Shown in pieces: positions 53,302 to 64,000 of a stretch of 64,000 bases of DNA (its first letter is position 1; every line of letters begins with the position of its first letter). The notes under the pieces are model-generated. The model did no database searches. It was not told the origin of the DNA and saw only the letters and a program-made list of their open reading frames with translations. Source of the DNA: Octopus vulgaris (Eukaryota); assembly GCA_951406725.2 (NCBI GenBank), contig OX597816.1, positions 6,510,001 through 6,574,000 on the forward strand, given 5' to 3'. The position numbers and the translations under genes were made by a program.

Positions 53302-53302
<1 letters not shown>
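49301..53302 (+). mobile_element. Near full-length R4/Dong-like LINE (family A)
   Basis: ORF plus a ~185-bp 3' UTR with a stem (tttctttgcc...ggcaagaaa), an A-rich end and (TAA)n. The 5' boundary is only estimated, from the end of the upstream aataataa. Confidence 0.8.
49410..53099 (+). CDS. Intact non-LTR retrotransposon polyprotein: Myb-like N-terminus, reverse transcriptase, CCHC knuckle, restriction-like endonuclease (R4/Dong type)
   Basis: 1229 aa without interruption. RT motifs NYRPITCL, EQKG, DYKKAFDS, GIFQGDSLSP, FYMDDLKL, YKYLG and GGRGL; knuckle CRFC..ETVDHLISGC; RLE motifs RHD, KPDIVV, LIDMSIP and KYKDL. The true start codon is uncertain. Confidence 0.95.
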   Translation: MFLETKRKTKSVYQIACPMVNLEARPPGKSQPGIEKSATGTNSSPNTDMDGHLNGKSPNSSPPSSPPQPPQKEKCKRNKWTREEYKEVIYAYYYALGRPSQERHTANSYSIWRTRNQDSRPYLDENKLANVRRDIFRNNRLTDSEISAIKHATENDINIRHKGNEESDEQYSPPRGLIERLPSDQNTQRPEDTRNSIVPVKDSQENEKTTVTEDLAFAEEHRESMAEMRQKILNTLEVVRHTSMNDREPLHKLSNTNQNKKQIQIGNYVTNEIIRELKPDFTELNEIIYASARAIETSCMPPKKQRKQNLGRNQTWRSKIEKEIEFMRGEISILNELICGNDVRSRTGRKMKRKFGSSPREELISIKETLKQKVQAKAQRIRRFEKRNKFYKQNKLFTSNAKKFYREIGKEKVTVKDPPPMEEVQNFWKRIWSDKKTYNINADWIIQTEGSYQNLQQQAWEDITIADLRKALTKAHNWKSPGKERVPNFWLASLPCAHGKLVQLLNGIMRDPKKTPEWLASGITYLLPKNNETNLPKNYRPITCLSTTYKILTSILAEKTYAFMEKNDIFPIEQKGCRRGSYGCKDQLLINRMILENCHNKRRNLSTAWIDYKKAFDSIPHPWILRSLDIFKISPVISNFLKHNMSLWNTNLQLYHSNGVLASENININCGIFQGDSLSPLIFCIALIPLTSELNRTGYGYKIANKKISHLFYMDDLKLYGKDNNELEGQLRTVKAFSDDIGMEFGLEKCAKATFQKGKVKTTNSVVLDVDTVIRELEQEQTYKYLGINEGSGIQHASMKEKIRKECYRRVRAVLKSELNARNKVLAINSLAVPVVTYSYNVLNWNMSEVKNIDRKIRKLLSCNRMHHPKADVDRLYLPRAQGGRGLIQFELAYKTTTIGLAKYLEISNDWMLKLVENHERRKKLHSIIKESKKFAIDLVQDTQTEQPEGSTATIVAKKVKRMAMKKAHEQLADRWEEKPLHGKYVTRSKQADVDQKQTHQWLRSSGLKAESEGFILAAQDQSLLTRNYQANVMKNGADPKCRFCNDMIETVDHLISGCKVLAPVEYKLRHDRVGQYLHWLISRHYNIKTADKWYNHHPEAVTEGENVTILWDFPVHTDRTIKANKPDIVVKDQNNKVCLLIDMSIPCDHNISAKEFDKLRKYKDLLIEIEKMWHLKAVTIPVIVGALGMIKKGTENYMRMIPGLPLLQEVQKIVLTGTSHVLRRALSM

Positions 53303-53340
<38 letters not shown>

Positions 53341-54556
53341 GAATGCCTGCAGATGTTTGGTGTTGCTGACAACATCACAAATTTTCTGATGCAATACATA
53401 AAAGAGTGGAAAACCAAATTGTACTCAAGTGATGTATTCCTTGGAGAAATTAATATTAAAAGGGGAATCTTCCAAGGTGGCTCGATTCCTCCGTTACTAT
53501 TTGTAATTGCACTAATACCCATAACAATGACACTTAGGAAAGTTAAGATCGAATCCCGATGTGGGAAGAAAGGCCCATCATTGAACCATCTTCTATTTAT
53601 GGATGACCTGAAATTGTATGGGAAATCTGAAAAACAGATAGATTCCTTAAGCAAAGCAATCCAGAAGTGTGATAGGGACATCGGTATGGAATTTGGGATT
53701 ACCGAATGCTCAGTACTTAATATGAAAGGAGAGAAGAAAGCAGCCAGCAGAGGATTGAGGTTGCCACTAGGAGAGACCATGGGTGAACCCGACGGTAGTG
53801 GGTATAGATATTTAGAGATTTTGGAGTTGGATGACATTCTACACAGAGAAATGAAAGTCAAGGTCAGCGAGGCGTATCAAAAAAGGGGTGAATATGATGT
53901 TGAAATCCAACCTGAGTGCCAAAAATTTTATTACCGCGATGAATATCTGGGCAGTTGCGGTGGTCAGATATAGTGCGTCCATCCTCAAATAGACTAAGGA
54001 GGAAATATCAACACTGGATAGAAGGACGAAATAATTGATTGCTCTGCATGGAGCGCTACACTCTAAAACCAACGTAAACAGACTGTATATGAAAAGAAAG
54101 AATGGTGGCAGAGGACTAATTAGTAGAGACCATTGTATAAAGAGTAAAAGGAGGACGCTTGCCGAGTATTTGATAAATAGTGATGAAGACTTGCTGCAAT
54201 ATGCAGCGAAAGATATTCAGATGAAATGATGGACAAGGAAGAGTTTAACCAAACAGCTGAGGAGAAGAGAAAAGAAGACCTTCTTGAAATGAGAATGCAC
54301 GGATAGTTTGAAAAGAATACACAGGACGTTAAAGATAATACAGCATCGTGGGCATGGTTCGAGCGAGGTGAGTTGAAGCGTACCACCGAAAGCCTGATCA
54401 TTGCTGCACAAGACCAGGCTCTCGCTACCAAATCAGTGAAGTATAACATCTTTAAAACTTCTGACACTCAGAAATGCAGACTCTGTGGAAAGAGTGTGGA
54501 AACTGTGACCCACTTGGTAAGTGGATGTGAGAGCCTTGCACAAAAAGAATACAAGC
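53341..54556 (+). pseudogene. Decayed R4/Dong-like LINE (family D), RT to zinc knuckle
   Basis: GIFQGGSIPPLLF, HLLFMDDLKLYGK, GGRGLI, IIAAQDQAL and CRLCGKSVETVTHLVSGC, with stops and frameshifts. Cut by a SINE fragment at ~54557. Confidence 0.92.
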
Positions 54557-54954
54557 CTGAACTTGTATTTATTTCATCGACCCCGAAAGGGTTAGAGGTA
54601 AAGTCGATCTCAGTGGAAATCGAACCCAGAACGGCAAGTGCCGGAAGATGTCATTATTTTTGGTAACGGTTGTTACCTATGACATTACTACCGTAATTTT
54701 TTTTTTCTGTTGTTGTGTTTCTGGTTATTCCAAAGTACTTTTATTGACGAAGACAACAACTGCAACCATTTTCTTATCTCCCAAAAATCCTTTTTTCTTG
54801 GTTTTTTTTTTTCTTCTTCTCTTACGTTTTCAAAGAATTTTGTTTTTGCTTTTTGGCTTTTTTTTTTTGAAACAGAAAAATAATATTTTTGCCGTAATTC
54901 CTAGAAAGACTCGTGTTTGGTTGTAACAACAAAGGTTGTTGGAAAGAATTAGAC

Positions 54955-59932
<4,978 letters not shown>

Positions 59933-60350
59933 ATTAAAATGATTCTTCTCTGTGGTTTATGTTCCATGTTTTTACCTTTTTGTTTGTTTGTATTATTTAT
60001 TTATTTATTTATTTCCTATTCCCCTCCCAATCCAAGAAAACAGCTCTATTTGCTAAGTGGTTATTGTAATGACAACCTCTCCAATTATTTATCGCGAATT
60101 CATATCTCTTCTCTGACGTTAGAAACGCTATGTTTATACATTTTATTGTAAATAAATTCAGGTACAACTAGAGAGCGGTGGAATGGCAGAAACACTACAG
60201 TGACACACAAAATACTCGGGTTTTTTACTCGGTTCAAACACCGACGAGGTCCACTTTGTTGTTTATCCTTTCGGGTTACTGAAATAAGTGTCAGTTCAGC
60301 GTTGGAATCGATTCATCCCTCAGCATTTCCGGTCTTGTACCTACAATATT

Positions 60351-60754
60351 CTTTCATTCTCTTATTTGTTGCAGTCATTTGACTGCGGCCATGCTGGAGC
60401 ACCGCATTTAGTCGGACGAATCGATCCCAGGACTTATTCTTCGTAAGCCTAGTACTTATTTTATCGGTCTCGTATTCCAAAACCGCTAGATTACAGGGAT
60501 GTAAACACACCAACATCGGTTGTCAAGCGATGATGGAGGACAACCACACAAACATACACATACATACATGCATGCATATATACATATATATTTGAAGGGC
60601 TTTTTCAGTATCCGTCTACCAAATCCACTCACAAGTCTTTAGTCAGCCCGAAGCTATAGTAGAAGACACTTGCTGAAGGTGCCACAGAGTGGAACTGAAC
60701 CCGGAACCATGTGGTTTGGAAGTAAGCTTCTTACTACACAACCACTCCTGCGCC
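60351..60754 (-). mobile_element. SINE family C, full length
   Basis: Head, core and tail on the minus strand. Confidence 0.88.
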
Positions 60755-61496
60755 GAGGAAAACATTTTTAAAGTTTTACCTTTTGACTTCAGAACTTACC
60801 TGTTCCTTTTGCCGTTTTAGAAACCAACCGGATTCAGTGAAGTAAACTCGAGTTTTTGTGACTAAAGCCATAAAAACTACGGGTATAAAGAAAGTTGAGT
60901 TTCGAATTCCATTTGAGAGAGAAAATGGTGCTTCCATGTTAATGTATAAAATCATTCGTAAACAGGAGAGAAGAATTAACAAGACTACTATAAACAGATA
61001 AACATATAGAATGGTATATATTGTTGTTTTTATGTTAAACTGTCGGTTGTCCAAATTTGGTCAAATGCGTTCTTTTTCAATATTTGATTTTGGTTGTTCT
61101 TTTGGTCAAACTATCGTATCTCCAGCTACTTCAGATGCCAAGCTATGAAAATTGTCGAAGTGCAGTACAACAGTTTAGCATTTTTCAGAAGTGTAGTAAG
61201 TTCCACCTATGACACTTTTGCAAAAATATATCTGACAATGTTCATTTTTATACTTATTCCATTTGCCAACATTGCAAAGAGGGTAGATATATAGAGAGAG
61301 GTGAATTTCATCAATAAAAATATGGTAGTAGAAGATCTTAACTCATGGGCAGATTTTTTATCACACTACCTTTGGGTATCCTTGTTGCTTATTTTGATTA
61401 TAATCACCCCATTTGATTTATATGGATAATACCATACCAAATTCTGGTGTCTTTAACTTAAGTACCATATTCATCTGGATCTAAATTTTTGCAGAA

Positions 61497-61578
<82 letters not shown>

Positions 61579-62006
61579 TGTATGCATGTATTTATGTATG
61601 TATGTATAATGTATATAGTAGAATAAGAAATAGAAAATAGAAAATCTTTTGTACAGTGTTTTATATTTGCGAAAATGAAGAGAACTGGCTTTTCTGATAA
61701 TTTTTCCGATTTAATAATTTCAAGCAGTTACAAAATTGCTTTTAAGGCAGAAACTCCTATCAGTGTCACCTTTTCTAAATTTATAAACATTTAGTTATTC
61801 AAGTGGGAAAATTATCTGAAAAGCTATCTCTATTCATTTTTTCATATTAATAATAATATGAGGGAATATTTTTTCTAATTCATATATATATATATATACA
61901 CATACATACATACGTACATACATACAATAATACATACATACATACATACATATATGCATGCATACATACATACATACATGCATACATACATACATACATA
62001 CATACA

Positions 62007-62058
<52 letters not shown>

Positions 62059-62304
62059 AAATAAGAAAATAGAGATAAATCAATTCATAATTATATGTAT
62101 CAGTTACAAAAATAGACGTAATCCCTGGCAGCTGTTTCCATTTAGACTTTCGAATTTTAATTAAAATAATTAAATCATTTATAAAGTTGGATCTCGTCGT
62201 AGGTTATATTAGTTTGTTAATTTGATACATAAGTACACGGTTAATTACAATATATCATTTATCTCTATACTTATTAATGATTACCCAGAGTATAAAACTC
62301 GTTT

Positions 62305-62703
62305 ACTTTTTTATTTGTTTCAGTCATGTGACTGCGGCCATGCTGAAGTACCGCCTTTAGTTGAGCAAATCGACCCCAGGACTTATTCTTTATAACCCTA
62401 GTACTTATTCTATCGGTCTCTTTTGCCGAACCGCTAAGTTACGGGAACGTAAACACACCAACACCAGTTGTCAAGTGATGGTGGGGAGACAAATACAGAC
62501 ACAAACAACGCATACATAAATATATATATACATATATACGACGGGCTTCATTCAGTTTCCGTCTACCAAATCCACTCACAAGGCTTTGGTCGGCCCGAGG
62601 CTATAGTAGAAAACACTTACCCAAGGTGCCATGCAGTGGGACTGAACCCAGAACCATGTGGTTCATAAGCAAGCTACTTATCACACAGCCACTCCTACGC
62701 CTA
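62305..62703 (-). mobile_element. SINE family C, full length
   Basis: Head, core and tail on the minus strand. Confidence 0.9.
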
Positions 62704-63205
62704 TATTATGTTACATTTTATATATACTTCTCTAAATATACTTCCATTCCCTCCTTTATAAGCTCTATACCAATTTTTTCTATAAAACAATACTCAGCTG
62801 AGATTTTCCGTACACTTAACACATAAGACATAAAAATGTAATGGTATATCTTTTTTTCTACCTCCGATGAGATTCAAATTTATAAAGATTTATTTTAGTT
62901 AAGATTTTAAAGTCTGAATCGAAACAGCTGTCAGGGATTATGTTTATTTTTGTAATTGATAAATATTACTATTAATTGCTTTATCTCTATTTTCTTATTT
63001 TCCTTAAATAAATATAAACCTCGGTTTATTTAATTACCTATTTTTTAGTATTGAAATTAATATTCAAAATAAATAGTAGGTAATAAACCAGTAAATTCAT
63101 TGGATATTATTATCTCTTAATGAGGCTTATTTAACTTCTAATTGAACATATATATATAATATTATATATATAAAATTATATTATATTTCTACCCTCATTA
63201 TTTTA

Positions 63206-63278
<73 letters not shown>

Positions 63279-63279
<1 letters not shown>

Positions 63280-63680
63280 CGCAGGCATGGCTGTGTGGTA
63301 AGAAGCTTGCCAGTTTGCTGGATATTGTTGTAGAGCTGAAAAAGAGGTAATTTCTACTCTCCTCTTCTGGAAGCCATCTACTCGCAATGCCAGAGGGCGC
63401 GCACTCTCCTACCCTGATGTAATCTCCAGGGATACAGGCATCCAGCAACAGTACCTCCGTAATGCCATGATGGACCGTGAAGTCTGGTGTAGCATAGTAA
63501 ATTCCATTGTCTCGACCACGGTCGAACAATGATTGATGATGATTGCTTCCCAACCACATGGTTCCGGGTTCAGTCCCACTGAATGGCTCCTTGGGCAGGT
63601 GTCATCTACTATAGCCTCGGGCCGACCAAAGCTTTGTGGGTGGATTTGGTAGACGAAAACTGAAAGAAGCTCGTTGTATA
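63279..63680 (+). mobile_element. SINE family C 5' half interrupted by an RTE fragment
   Basis: gcgcaggcatggctgtgtggtaagaagcttgc [insert] ttcccaaccacatggttccggg. Confidence 0.85.
63311..63542 (+). mobile_element. RTE-clade LINE 3' end
   Basis: QFAGYCCRAEKEVISTLLFWKPSTRNARGRALSYPDVISRDTG..AMMDREVW..*, a (TGA)n tail, and ttgc duplicated at both junctions. Confidence 0.85.
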
Positions 63681-64000
63681 AATTTTATCAGAAAGATATA
63701 TCTCGGAGTTTTAGCTTAACATCATATGGATTACATTAAGGTAAAAAAAAAACAAGAACTACTTTTCAATTAAAAAAAATAATTTTTACAATTCTTCCCT
63801 ATTAATATTTTTTAAATCAGACACTATATATTCACTAGATACCACCTGTAAATATATGTAAATGTATGTTTCGGTTTTACTCCCAAGTCATTTGAACTTC
63901 CACTATTCCAATGAATAATTACTTGACATTTAGATACTATCCACAAATCTGTTCTCCTGTATTGAACTATTCTCCACTATTTAAGAATAATTATATTCGC

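Overview
AT-rich, extremely repeat-dense eukaryotic DNA in which I find no convincing host gene. The SINE families, the microsatellite load and the LINE set look like an octopus (coleoid cephalopod) genome; that is recognition, not a database result. Almost all short ORFs in the track are microsatellite artefacts. The only intact long CDS (49410-53099, 1229 aa) is a non-LTR retrotransposon with a reverse transcriptase, a CCHC knuckle and a restriction-like endonuclease (R4/Dong type). It sits in an ~11 kb nest of same-strand Dong-like insertions in (TAA)n repeats, which also holds a duplicated ~553 bp non-coding TAA-flanked element. The rest of the window contains a decayed mariner, a Tc2/pogo-like element swollen by a 17-bp satellite, four non-autonomous Helitrons, hAT and piggyBac-type MITEs, and Gypsy, CR1, RTE and Tx1-like relics. 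It also has a second RLE LINE family next to (TACA)n, Penelope-like ends carrying minimal hammerhead-ribozyme motifs, several long palindromes and dozens of modular tRNA-derived SINEs, including concatemers with a fixed junction. All coordinates and alignments were read by eye.
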